Assembly: GCA_030704615.1 (NCBI GenBank)
Contig: CM060734.1
Span: forward strand, 45,880,001-45,944,000
Reading direction: 5' to 3'
From: Takakia lepidozioides
Lineage: Eukaryota > Plantae > Bryophyta
Length of the DNA stretch: 64,000 bases
Of this stretch, positions 1 to 12,945 are shown piece after piece (within the stretch, counting starts at the first letter, position 1; every line of letters starts with the position of its first letter). Both the position numbers and the translations under genes were made by a program. The notes beneath the pieces were generated by a model, which searched no databases, was not told the origin of the DNA, and saw only the letters and a list, made by a program, of their open reading frames with translations.

Positions 1-1463
1 GTAAATGGTAGTAAGGGAGGTAAACGGAGCAGCGCCTTTGAGGACCGTCTCCGAAGGAGCTGACTTAGGGTGACAGGGCTGTGTGGTGACAAGAGTAGCA
101 GCTTGTCACCTGCATAAGTTGAGAAGGCCCTTGTTGTCAAGGTTTTGAGAGAGATATGGGTAGTAGGGGGCAGAAGTGCACCTGTTGGAGATGGTAGTAT
201 TGGAGAGGTTGCACATAAGTCGAGGGTAATGGGAGACCCGCATGTAGAATCAGGGTGTTGGGGGTGAGTGGTGGTGGAGCTTGAAAGAAGTCCATCAACG
301 TGGTAAGAAGGGTTGCGCTCCGCTGCACCGTCCCAAACCGTAGCCTGAGAACCCGCATCAGGGTGACACCCTGGAGTTGGCTGCCTGCTGCTATAGAAGG
401 GGCATTGCAACGCCCATTTGGGGCCTATCCAAAAAAACTTGGTGGGGGAGTGAGGGGGGGGGGGACATTTACCCACGAGATTGAGAGCAGCCCGTCGGAC
501 GAGCTGAGAACAGAGGGGGCAGCCAAATGAATTGTAGCAGGGGATAACTGGGCAGTCGACCGCATAACCAAGCCGTAGAATGCAGACAGCCACTCATGGG
601 AAATCACCAGTATCCCGGCGGGATCTGTGCTTGCCAGCTTGTAAATGTTCGGTCTCGCAAACAGCCCAAAAGGGGAGCAAATGGATGAGAAGTAGTAGAG
701 ATAAGAAGAAGGTTTAGCAGGAGCACTAAATTGACATATAGCTGAGAGGTTAGCGGAGAGGAGTGAAGGAGGGTGGCGCTCCGCCCTGCCACGGTGAGGT
801 ACAAAGTAATGCAATTGATGAAAGATATTGCAGTTTCACATTTGCTGCAAACCATGATTCATAACACTTATCAGGGGATTGGGATGAGATGGAGAGTTGA
901 TCTGCCTGCTGTGGCTTATATATTTTTCTACAATCATGTGGTAAGTGAAACCAGGGAGAGGGGTTTTGAGAGGGACACAAATGACATGTCGATGGTTGAC
1001 AGACACCTGTACTGCAACAACGTAACCCCCAGTTGACACGTGTAATATCTGAGCACTTCTCGAAGGCTCTACCGCTCGGGGTGGAGCCGCAGAGGGAAGA
1101 GAAGGCTCTTGCTTAAATTACTACTCACATTTTTACTGTATTCCTTGGGGATGAGTAAGCATCAAATTCAACTTACAATGGGTAAGTCCGGCGCTGAGAA
1201 GATCCCAGTGAACCTTCCATAACGCAGAAGGTGACGGCTGCGAATCATCACGGCCGTCTATACTCGGACGCTTCTCTCAAACACGTCACGTTCAGTTTGA
1301 GGTGAGAGCTTCTATTTAGTGTGGAGATCAGTCTTGTGCAGCGATTCCTTTTTTCTGTAAGAGAGACTGCGGGACATTGAGACTGAGCGAAACTATTCCT
1401 CCTGTCATCAATTTGCATTCTAGACGCTCAGATCGAACCAGGGGGAAGGAGGCAGTTTCAACA

Positions 1464-3554
1464 ATGGCACGGGCTGTGATACAGAAGCAGGCCGGGGAGC
1501 CTTTGGAGGTTCTGGAGCTGGTGCAGAAGCCGAAGCCAGGGCCACCTGCCGCTGGTCAGGTTCTGGTGCGCATAACTGTGAGGCCCGTCAACCCCTATGA
1601 CTTCCTCATAATCCGCACTGGGTCAACCCACTTGCAGCTGAAGGCAGGAGATGTTGTCACCGTCGGCTGTGAAGGATTTGGCATTGTGGAGGAGGTACAG
1701 CGGTCATGGCCAAATGCATCTCGCATATTGTGGAAGCACCCTGAAGCACCCTCTCCTTTCCTGCATGCATTTTGGTAGAACTATGGTGGATATTTGAGAT
1801 TCCCAAATATATCAACAACTCATTGGTCCTAGTTGCTGTTGCGGCTTCCCCGATTAACACGAACGTATAGATTGAGATCGTTAAACTGTCTAATGCACGC
1901 TGTAATGGTGCTTAGGATGAAAGAAAGCCTCTCCTTGTTTTAACTTCATGTCGACAGAGTTGATGCTCGCAATTCGCTCCTAAATTGGATCTGCTCGACC
2001 TCAATTACTAGCAAATTAATCTTGTTGTGTTTTGATCGACCAGGTAGGCGAGGGGGTCACAAAGTTCAAGCCAGGACAGAGGGTAGTGCCGCTATTGCTA
2101 ACTCATTTTCGTTCCACGGGGAACGGGTCATGGCAAGACTACATTGAGCTTCCAGAAGCCGATGTCTTTGGAGTTCCTGACGGTGTGCCAGACGACGTGG
2201 CAGCGCAGTTCGTAATAAACCCCTGGACCGTGTATGCATTGCTCAAAGTTTGTGCGGTTCCTCGTGGCCAATACCTTCTTCAAACAGCTGCTGGCTCTGT
2301 GCTTGGCAGGTATGCCCAACTTGCAAACCTTCGAGACTTTCTATGGCCGGCATGTAGCATGAGCCTATGTCATGCACATGTTATAAACGTGATAGCAAGG
2401 TGGTCCGTGTGCTTTGAGAATTTACAACATTTAGTATAAGGGTTACATCATTACTCAATTGTGAGTGGAGTCTGAACAGCTTCTTCCAAATCACTTGTGT
2501 TGTGTGAGTGTGGCAGGCAGCTCATTCAGATGGCCAAGCATTGGGGTATAAAGACAATAAACGTGGTGCGACGAGATGACTTGAAAGAGGAACTCAAAGA
2601 CTTAGGTGCCGATGAGGTCATCAACTCCACAACCGAAGGTAGACTACTGACCATTTGTTGACATTTGTAGACTGCACCAGGGTGGGTATATTATTGGCGG
2701 CAGCAGTGTGTTTCTTGGGATAATATGAGGGAAGGTTGAACTCGGCGATTGTCGGTTGGTTCAGATTTGGTGGCACGAGTGAAGGAAATTACTGGTGGAA
2801 AAGGGGCGTATGCTGCTGTGGATGCGGTGTCTGGGGAGCTAACTAAGGTAATTTCTCTGGTTCTCTCGATCCTCTCATTTGCTCATTTTCTCGAGTTACA
2901 ATGGCCTACAGGATGTGGCTGTGATCTGATGCTAATTTCTGTGTATAAATCAACACTTAAGGTAGGATCTGGGTTCATCACCCGAGTTAGAGTGTATGGA
3001 GCATGGAGGCAATGGGATCACTTGAAACAATCCGTTGGGATAGTAGAGTAAGCTCAAGGCCAGTGGGTGATGGGTGGGTGCAGAAGGTTGCAAACAGTGT
3101 TAGAGACGGTGGTGAAGTCGTGGTTTATGGGTTCCTATCAGGCCATGATATTACCTTAAGCATTTTTGATCTGCTTAGAAAAGTTAGAATCCGCACCTTT
3201 ATATCCACCGAGTACACCGATGGAAGAGAGACAGAAGTTGCAACCGAAGTAATGAAGATGCTGGAGGACAAGATCGTCGAGCCGTTGGTTGGCAAGAAGT
3301 TCAGTCTGACTGACTTCCAGGTTGCTCTGGTAGAGGCAGAGAAGGACGCCCGAGGAGACAAACAAACTCAATTGTTCACAACAATTCAAAAACAACAGAA
3401 ACCCTCAGACAATCATGTACCAAGCAAAACAAAAATGCACTCTAACCACCACTGCCCTACAGTTACCATCCTTTTAGCAAATCAAGAAAAGAAACCCTAT
3501 CAAACCGCGCAGGTCATCCATATCTCCAATCAAATACTGTCAATGATGATATAA
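1464..3554 (+). CDS. MDR-superfamily NADPH:quinone oxidoreductase / enoyl-reductase-like protein, 5 exons (about 1464-1694, 2044-2309, 2517-2638, 2765-2847, 3084-3554)
   Basis: GT-AG introns join in frame. GroES-like N-domain (GQVLVRITVRPVNPYD, GCEGFGIVEEVGEGVTKFKPGQRV), nucleotide-binding segment LLQTAAGSVLGR, LGADEVINST, ITGGKGAYAAVDAVSG. Sequence after about 3357 looks non-homologous. Confidence 0.88.
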
Positions 3555-5242
3555 AATTAGCGAGTTAGAGTTGTTTGCAAAGCAGGAAAACCCCTTCCTA
3601 CCAATTCACCTCCACTTCCTTGTGAAGAAGAACCATACAAAGGAAAACTACATAGGCGTCAGTTCAGAAAGAAGCCAGAGCAATGAGCCCTCCCTTGCAC
3701 AGCTTGTCGGGTGTAAGCTCGTCAAATCTTCGGACAATGCGGCCACCTGCCACCAACTCGACAGAGGAACACATCCATAAGCTTTCAAACTAAGAAAGAG
3801 AAGGATGCACAGTTCCTGTTTGCCGATTTCCAGTGATAAAAACATCGATCCTTGTAAGAGATGCTCTAATTGGCTGGCAACCCACGGTGCATCAGCAAAT
3901 GATTGGCTTCGTCAACAAAACACAGATCACAGCTAGTATGCACACAAGTACACCTATCAGTAATCCTTCATATCCAAGCCTCCAAAAGCTCCAGACCAGG
4001 GAAAGAAACATATCCCATACCATGCACTGCTGCACCATCTCATGGAAGTACTTGTTCTAGAAATCGTGCAAATCTTCAAATTTCTTGCGTCAATGTCCAC
4101 CTTCTGCTTGGTCTTGGGTTTTGGGGGCATGGGGTCTCTACTTCACTCATTGTGTACGATCAGTGTGTGTTGGGTCAGCTCAAGGTCGTAGGTGCAAGTA
4201 AGTGTGTATATGAAGGAATGAAACATATCATATTGAGTTGAATCTTCAACAATGGTATCAGCTAATAATGGCTCTGCGTTATGCAAAGAAAAGGTGGACG
4301 GTTAGCTTGCTCAGTACACTAGGCCGCTGGACAGGCAGAGCCTGGAAGCCTCCAATCTTAGCTGCAGAAGTAGCCATGCACGACAATGTAGCTGCCATCT
4401 TTCTAGGACTCTACTTGTTGAAGTGGATATGCAGGTGGAGTTGAACGAATCTCAATCTAAACAACGATGAGGCAGACTTGAAGCGACCTGAAGGCGGACG
4501 AAGTACCCGATGCAATCAGTGGACGAAGACTCTTCACATCGAATGCAGAAGCAGATGTGACGATCGATACCACTTATGATGTGAGGCGTATGGGCTCTGG
4601 TTGTCGCCTGCAGTGGGCCACAGGCAAGATGGGTGGGTGGGCGATTCTGGCTGAGTACTTACATGGCTGTGATCATCACAAAGCCCATGCCAAGTGGCAG
4701 CCACATGGATGGAAAAGAAACAAGACAGACGTGGCCGCCTCCTTCCCTACCCAGATGGACGGCTTACTCTTCAAAAGAGCGCGCCAAGTGGACTTGCCAC
4801 GCGCCTCGTTGCAACAAACATGACCTTTTACCGTGCTCTCAGAGTCAGTTGCCAAGACTTCGGGATCCTTTGAAGCTGGTCACGATTGTTGGCCACATAC
4901 ACGAGGGAAGATGCAGATCGAAATTAGAATGGAAAGGGAAGGAGGAGTTGAACATCGAACGATTTACACATTATCCTGTTCTACACAGAGGACACATGGC
5001 CGATGAATCGAAGGGAGCAAGCAGCTACATAAGCCGACTCCTCTCCTTCTACTCATCAGCCTTAACACACTCCTCCTCGTACACTTTCTTGTCCTTCGAC
5101 CTCCCTCATCTTTGTCTTTTTATCCGGGATAAGTCTCCACCTCCAGGCTTTGCAGTGTTCAATTTGGATATCCCTCCAAGTTCCGGTAGTTTGGTAGAGG
5201 TCGTCAGCCAAGTTTGACGGTGATCAACCCCGGAGAAGAAGG

Positions 5243-6253
5243 ATGGCACTCACATCATCGCACATGGTCACACCTCTGGGAGGCTTGCAAGCTCTACCCT
5301 CCCTCACGGTCGCCTCCAGCAAACAGCTGACCAGCTCTGGATTCGCAACCCAATCTCGCTCACTGAAATCTCTGGCCGGCAAGGTTCGATGTGAAGCCAG
5401 CAATGATGGAAGGGGCTCAGGACTAGCGGGACTGAAGCAGGAGGTGGACCGGTTGACAAAGAAGGAAGTTACCAGGGATGCGATTCTCAAGAACCAGGAG
5501 ATCAACGAGTCAGAGCAGCGGTCCGTGTTTGGGGCAAAGCCCAACTCTGGCTCGGTCTATCCTCGCCCTGAGCTGGAACGGAGACCCGAGACTGGTGACA
5601 AATCATTTGTGAGCGTGTTTGCATTCGATGGTCCTGCACCTGAGACCATCAACTGCCGCCTGGTATGCCATCCAAACCTGCTGAGCAACGTAGAGTCCCC
5701 TCTTGTGTGTGTTCAAGAGAATCAAAAGGGGTTGCGTGGGTTATACGTTGATTTAGCTAGTCTAGGTCTGTAACTCGTTCAGGATATGGTCCTGCATCAC
5801 CTCACCACGCAGAAATTTGGGTAGCTGAAATCGAAGTCATTGCAACGTTACGGTTGATGGGGAACAGAAAGAGAAATTACTCTTCATTGCATTGTAGATC
5901 TTCTGAAGTCATTCATACTTGGGAACGTCATGTCGAGCACTGGTCAACGTGGCAAATGATGTGCAGGCAATGCTAGGCATTGTGTGGGCATTTGTGGCCG
6001 AGAAGATGACCGGGCTTACAGTGCTGGAACAACTCTTCAACCCTGGCAGCGTTGGCCTCGTCTTCTTTGTCGGTGCCGTGCAATTGTTCACGTATGCGTC
6101 GCTGGTGCCCATCGTAAATGGTGAATCTACAGATTTTCGCAGCTGGGGCCCTTCACAGCAAAGGCTGAGCGTTGGAATGGACGTCTGGCTATGATTGGCT
6201 TCTTCTCTCTCATACTCACTGAGTTGATTCGGCAGGCACCTCTTTTTCACTAG
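5243..6253 (+). CDS. ELIP: Early light-induced protein (LHC-like three-helix protein), exons 5243-5662 and 5967-6253, apparent 1-nt frameshift near 6150
   Basis: Ser/Thr-rich transit peptide ending KVRCEAS. Helix-1 motif FAFDGPAPETINCRL|AMLG spans the intron. Helix-3 motif TAKAERWNGRLAMIGFFSLILTE lies in the shifted frame and ends at TAG 6251-6253. Confidence 0.9.
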
Positions 6254-6833
6254 ATCCTTCCGAAATTTTGTAACATCGTAGACTGCCTCTGGAACTGTAG
6301 CTTAAGCTCTCTACTCCAGAGACTTGCTTGAATAGTGGTTATTTGCGAAGATTGCAAAACAGCTGGACATCTGGGTGAGGGATCGGAGTAGGAGTGATGG
6401 CAGCTTCACTGTTACTCCACACTTTGATCACGTTCGTTTGGTAGGAAAATACATTGGAATATGTGAAACTTATCATGGGACCCACCCCAAACCTATATAC
6501 CAGTCCAACACTGGACCAAACTCAAAATAGCACTAAAATGAGAGCAAAACGAGTTTCGCCCTACATTTGCGTTTTGGCTTTCCTCTCGGGTACGTGGCGC
6601 GGCGTAGAACGAGGCGGGCAGGGAGGCTGGGTTAAGGAGAGTAGCTTCACGTGGGCCCCGCTGCTGTCATCCCTAGCTCATCCCTAGTTCTGCTTTTGGT
6701 ACTGTCTGCAGGACTTCCCGGATATACGCAAAGTGCAGAGAAGAGGTGTTTTGGGGATGTACGAGAGGGCAGAAGGGATGGTCACTTAACGGATGGTCAC
6801 TTAACGGATAATTTTACTCTCTTTAATCCAAAC

Positions 6834-7629
6834 TAGTGTTGGACCGATATTATCAACATTTCATACCAGTGTATGGTATTGTCGGTGAAGAGGCCTCCTT
6901 CATATCTGGCAAGTACTGGTATCAAGCTACGTTATTAAGCTTTTAATGTACCAGTCTGGTATGTATATTGTTTTTGTTTGGCCTGGTATGGTATGGTATC
7001 AGTATTTCAAATTTCAAATCTTATACTAGGGATATATCAATATTGGTATCAATACAGTTTTTTTTTTTTTAAAAACTGAAAAGTAAAAATATGTCAAAAT
7101 TATACCGCTGAGGTGAGCACTTCAGCCGCTGAAGTGATCACCTCAGCGGTTGAGTGCCGCAATTCATAATAACAAGGAGCTGGATCTCACCTTAGGTAAT
7201 TTGAGGTCACCTTACAAGAGCCATATTACATGTTGATAAATGAGATAATGCTCCAAGCCTAAGCAGATTTTTGAATGGCAAATCAGAGCCCCCAAAATTG
7301 CCATTCAGATCGTCCCAATCAAAGAGCCGCAACTCTCCATTGTTGTACCGTAAATCCCTAACGCTCCACATATTAATACTTAGGGTGCAAGCGACGGCGG
7401 AAAACATAGTACTAGTATCAACAAAGCTGCGTTCCTTGCGATACCAGGCTGGTCTAGTAAGAGCCCAGGTATTAGCGTTATACTATATTGCCCCCAATAT
7501 ATTCTGCCCGGGGTATTGTCAGTTGCTTATACCCGCTTGGTCTGGTACCCTGCTGCGATACCCTTACCCATGCTGATATACCCCCCCCCCCCCCCCCCCC
7601 CCCCACCCCCATATACCGGTCCAACACTG
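6834..7629. mobile_element. Non-autonomous hAT-like MITE
   Basis: TIRs TAGTGTTGGACCGATAT / ATACCGGTCCAACACTG, flanking direct repeat TCCAAAC (6827-6833 and 7630-7636), many internal TACCAG/CTGGTA subterminal motifs. Confidence 0.75.
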
Positions 7630-8493
7630 TCCAAACGTCTCCAGTTTGCTAAGTGGCGAGTCTTTACTTGGGTGCGAAATGGCAAATATGGTAGTTCATG
7701 GGGCTATTAGGCTCTACAACGTCTATCCGTGTGGGCCCTTCACATTGGGTCATCCAATGTGTGATGGATGAAAAGTATGACGCCTCCCGAAGGGAGCGTA
7801 ACTTATGGTGTCACTTCACCACAAGGGCTACTTCCTTCCAGCTGAAAGGTGGACACCTTCATGACACACCAGACCGTGGTTTGACATCCAACGTGGTATG
7901 TGCCCATTACCACTGGGCTACATGTTGGTTGTCGTGATGGATAATTTATTTATTTTTAATTCCGCTATGATGATCTACCGCATTCATGGGGTTGGATACC
8001 CTTCCACCCCGTATTTGTCAGGATATCGCATAATTCTGCATATTGGCCAAGTGGATGTATGTACGAATCGCATTACGTGAGACCATTTTAAAATCGGCCC
8101 ATGGATATTTGCCTCAATGCCAGCCCTGTGGCAATTATTGATGTTGCTGGAGACATGTCAGGGACCATCGGTAGGGCTCCATGTTTCTAATGGTCATTCG
8201 ATTTATTTCCCATTGTTTTTCTTGAATTTGGATTGAATTTGGATTTTGATCTGATGGATAGATTGTGTTCATTTGTATAGGGGAAGGCCTCGAGGGGAGG
8301 GGGTTCCTGGATTTAAGGGCACTAGGCAGAGGGAGCCCTGGGCCTAAGTGCCCGAAAATCCAGGAACCTCCGACCCGAGAGGCCTTCCCCTGCATAAAGC
8401 ACGCGAAAAAGATTTCTTTCCGCTTTGCCATGTGTTATTTCGTTATTTGTATTTCCCCTTTTGTTGCGTGTCAGGCGTCAGACTTTTGTTGCG

Positions 8494-10373
8494 ATGGCGT
8501 CTCCAAGGGTTTGGAGTAGAGAAGATGAGGATGTTGTAACTGCGAAACGCTTGTGTACTGCTGATGTTGTGGCTGATTCAATTCCGCAGGGTTCATTATC
8601 TGATTCGTTTCTTGCAAATGAGCACACTGGTCTCTACGAGGTTGATGATGGCGTTGCTGATTTTGGTGAACCCGAAGCCTGCGGTTCTAGTTCCGGAAGT
8701 TGCGCTTCCAAATACCTCTCTTTCCACAGACAGTAGTACTGATGACGAAGCTTTTGTTGAAACAGGAGCTCCTTGACGGCGTTTTGCACCTCATTCTAAG
8801 GATGAAATGCAGAATGTAAACGAAGGAGGACGTCGTAAAAGTAAATATGGCGAGAATTGGTAGCGGAACACTTTCGACAAATGGCGCGTAGAGCAGAAGA
8901 TTGATACCAGGTTGTCCATTGAGGAACTCTCTGAACAAGAGGACCTCGTTGATCTTTTGGCTCGCTTTATACTTGATGCCAGGAAACTTGATGGCTCATC
9001 GTATCCTCCGGGGAGTATTAATTCACTCTTACGCGGGATAGGCAGAATAATTCGACGTTCATGCTTGCTACAATAAGTGTGTCGTTGAATCCAGCAAACC
9101 TTGCAAAAAATTCTGTATACTCACGGATGTGAGGTAGCAACGAGCCAAATTGGCTGGTGACGAAGCTGTGGCAAGGTCTTTTAAAGCCGGCCTTGGAAAA
9201 AAAGTGCAGAAATCTGATTGTCTTACGCTTGATGAAGAAGCTGTTGTGTTGGATCAAGCTATGTGTCAACCTATTTCACCTTCCGGTTTGACTAATAGAT
9301 TTGTCTGGTACTGCACGAGAAATTTCTTTATTAGAGTGGCTTCTGAAATGAGAGCTGTGACTGTTCAAGATTTTTCCATTGAGCACACTGTCCTGGGAAA
9401 GGTTCTGAGATATAGCCCTAGTCTTTCGAAGACTGATGTTGCAAGATGCAGCGTGAACAACATTCGAAAAGTTGTCGATTGTCAAGTTGCAGACATCGTT
9501 GAGACTTACGAGAAAATGATCTCTTGTATGCCTTCTTGGCCACCTGGAGAGCCCGGTCCCCATCCATTGTTTTTTACAACGATTTCAAGGTGGAAGGCTA
9601 CAGATCCCGTTTGGTACTCTAGAGGTCCTATAGGGAAAAATACGCTTGCAACCGTTACAAAGAAAATGACAGCGGGCATACCTGCTTGTCTGAGAAGACT
9701 TTGACAAACAAGAGCGGCAGGACGACAGGTATTACACGGATGCAGGCAGGCTTTGTGCCTATTAGATACGGAATGGATATTACCAGCCATAGGGATGCCG
9801 AAAGTTATGAGAAATATAATCTTGTCTATAAAATGCTCAGAGATCGTGCTATTCAACGGATTATTAGTGGTGAGAAATTTCTTGGTCGACCTTTAACATT
9901 CCAAGATGCTCACAGGCAGGAGCTCGATGCCTATGCGAAATTGCAAGAACGTCAGGTGGCCAATGTCGTTACTACAGAGCGTCGAGTTCTTGGTGATATT
10001 GTCGTCCGAATACTGCATTAGTTCCACATTCAATAAATGTTGTGGCTACGGTACCTGCAACGCTTGCACTCGCTGTTTCGGATGAGGTTCCCTTCAAGAG
10101 GATAAGGGGGAATCTAAAGTGTCCTCTGATGTGGAGAATTTTTTTGATCTTCCAAATTCTATATTCCTGGAAACAGAACAGATGATGCAGAAGAATTGCC
10201 CGATCAACTACCAGGTTCGCGGTTTCACAAGCAACGTGGGTGGCCATTCATTCAACAATCTTCAAAATTGTGTCATTCTTCAAATTGGTCCCAATGTTGT
10301 TGATGCTGCCGCATTGTTGAAGGCTGCTATGGCATCGAAGGATACATTTGAGTCCGACAACTTGGATAAATAA
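8494..10373 (+). pseudogene. Crypton-like (DUF3504-type) tyrosine recombinase relic with frameshifts and stops
   Basis: Across frames: LLARFILDARKLDGSSYPPGSINSLLRGIGR, FFIRVASEMR (Arg 9333), SKTD, WYSRGPIGKNTL, TNKSGRTTGITRM (HxxR position), ITSHRD (His 9788), YEKY (Tyr 9815). Order and spacing match the YR catalytic R-K-HxxR-H-Y pattern. Confidence 0.75.
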
Positions 10374-10781
10374 CTGATGTTAGTTCACATTCATGCAGAT
10401 TTCTAGCTTCAGTTTTGTGTACAGATTCATCTTTGCAGGTTTTTGAAGGCATGCCATGCAAACAGGCAGTGTAGATTTTCTTGAAGCTTTCAGTGAAGCT
10501 GTTTAGCAACGGTTGAATAGATTCTTCAATCTAGCCATGTCCATACATTGCAATAAATGATTCATTTGCAAAATAGCAACCGTGACTCTGTCTCATTGCC
10601 GCTCGCAAGTTCCGAAAGAAATGATTTAAAGATATGGTGCTATAAAGAAAAAGATGCAGGGATGGAAAGATAAGAAAATCTTCATATTTTAATAACGGTG
10701 CATTCCACCGGTGCGTAATGCCCTCCCTCCTCAATCGAGCTAGGTATTCTGCTCTGGAAGGCTTTTGGAGTGGGTAGGGGC

Positions 10782-12092
10782 CAGGGGCGCATTTTGCGAC
10801 GTCCGGGCGTGGCAAGACCGTCCCCAGGGCATCACTATTTTAACGTCGCATAAATGCGACGGATGGGGTCGTAGCGCCACGCTGGCGCGACTGCCAAAAA
10901 AAAACATACTCTGCAATGCCGAGTTAGCGACGTCCGGGGGTCGCAAAGTGCGACCCCCAGACGTCGCAGTTTAGGGGGGTAGATTTGAATTTAGGTGGGA
11001 AAGTTTGAATTTAGGCGGGAACTTTTGAATTTCAAAAATTTGTTGACTGACTTTGACCATTGACTCATGTTATGTCAATGGCGATATGTTCATTGTTCTA
11101 CATATATTAGCAATGCATACTTGAACCTAGGACCTCCACGTTATAACATTTCTAAGACACTACAGACTAATCAACGCACGTACGATACATCTATGTATCG
11201 CAAAAACAATCTAAATATATATATACAGATCAAGATTTATTCTAAGGGGTCCCTCTTGTGACATCGGGGAGCTGCAAACTCCACAGCCTTAGTGCCCAAC
11301 CCCAACCCCAGCCCCAAGGTCGTCGCCGTTGTTGCAGCCCCAGCGCCAGGCGCCCCAAGTGACGTCCTTGTGATGACCTAAACTAGTTATAACACCGTTG
11401 CGACCCCCTGTGGCGACGCCGTTGTGACCCGCTGACATCGCATCGTTGGACGTCCCAGCGCGGGACGCCACACTACAGCGACCTTCAAGTCAGTAGGATT
11501 GGGGTGTTTGCTGGATTAATTCTAGGCTGTCATTGTCGGCTGCTAGCAGCAAGGCAAGGATATGTGCATGATTTGTGCAGAGGCTTGGATAGTTGAAGGA
11601 GCAGGGATAAAGCGTGGGTCCAGATTCATCCAAGAGGGCCGGATTTCAAGCTCCAGATTACCTATGATTCCTTGTGGAATGATGGCTACCAAAAAAAAAA
11701 AAAAACCCTCACTGTGGCGACGCCCCGGTGTCGTAGGGGGCACCCTAGCATTGCGCTAGGCGCCCCTTGCGACGCCAGGGCGTCGCAATGTCCAAAAAAT
11801 AAAATTAAAAAAAAATATTGTGACGCCCCGACATCGCAGAGTTGCGTTGGATTCGCAGAGTTGCCGGGGCGCCTCAACGCCCAAATTTTTATTTTATTTA
11901 TGTTATTGCGACGCCTCGGCGTCGCAAGCCCCGTGGCGACATACCTTGCGACGGCTGGGCATCGCAGCGGGGGCCCCATTTCCCCTTTTATGCCACTTTG
12001 CGACGGCTGGGCGTCGCAAAGATGTCACAGCCTCCGCTGCGACGCCGGGGCGTCACAAAAAGACGCTAGTGCCGTCGCAGACTGAGCACCGC
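10782..12092. mobile_element. Putative non-autonomous DNA transposon with dense GCGACG/CGTCGC subterminal repeats
   Basis: Many GCGACG(C/T)CC motifs in both orientations cluster towards both ends. Imperfect terminal inverted repeat CAGGGGCGCATTTTGCGACG vs GCGGTGCTCAGTCTGCGACG; no clean TSD. Confidence 0.4.
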
Positions 12093-12177
12093 GCGGGGCA
12101 TGGGGACGTGGCTGGCATTGCTAAACCCAACCCACCCACCCCCCTCCCCCCCCCTTCCCCGCCCATTTGCTATTGTG

Positions 12178-12945
12178 ACACCACAATTGAAGCAATTGGC
12201 AAGGAGATAGGCCCATCTGAGTAGCTGAACGTCCGGAAACGTGAACAACAAGTACAAATCTGTTGGGGCCCTGACCACAACCCCTTAAGAATATTCAGAA
12301 CTTAGGAGGCCACCATAACACGATCACACTAGTTATTAGAAATGTGTTAAGCCATAGCACACCACAATTGGAGCAATTGGCAAGAAGATAGGCCCATTTG
12401 AGTACTTGAACGTCTGGAAACTTAAACAACAAGCGCAGATCTGCTGGGGGGGGCACACCACAACCCCTTAAGAAAATCAAGAGCTCTGGAGGCCATCATA
12501 TGTTGATCACACTAGTTTTGAGAAATGCTCCAAGCCGTAGCATACCACAATTGGAGCAATTGGCAAGGAAATAGGCCCACCTGAGTAGCTGAACGTCTAG
12601 AAACTTGAACAACAAGTGTAGACCTGCTGGGGGCCAGACCACAACCCCTTAAAAGAAATCCAAAGCTCTGGAGGCCACCATATGTTGATCACACTAGTTG
12701 TTAATAATGTGCCAAGCCATAGCACACCACAAATGGAGGAATTGACAAGAATATAGGCCCATCAAAGTAGCTGAACATCCGAAAACTTGAACAACAAGTG
12801 CAGCTCTGCTGGGGGCTAGACCACAACCCCTTGAAAATCTTTATGGCTCTAGAGGCTAGCATATCTTCATGCCCCTACTTGCTACAAATCCACCAGGCCA
12901 TAGCATACCCAAATTGGAGAAATTGGCATGAAGATAGGGCATCTA
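12178..12945. repeat. Tandem repeat, about 182-bp unit, about 4.2 diverged copies
   Basis: CCACAATTGGAGCAATTGGCAAGGA-like motif recurs at about 12181, 12362, 12545, 12727 and 12908, and the intervening sequence is conserved. Confidence 0.9.

Noticed and set aside
1-1040. Short overlapping ORFs at the window start
   Set aside because: No recognisable domain or splice structure; possibly an old TE remnant, but this cannot be supported.
4633-5217. 194-aa ORF upstream of ELIP
   Set aside because: It overlaps the ELIP promoter and 5' UTR and has no recognisable motif; likely a chance ORF.
8494-10373. Crypton recombinase as the trans-acting integrase of the split-repeat element
   Set aside because: Proximity is the only link; that element has its own integrase and a TSD typical of DDE chemistry.
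12178-12945. CRISPR-like array
   Set aside because: Whole units are homologous with no unique spacers, the context is eukaryotic, and there are no cas genes.
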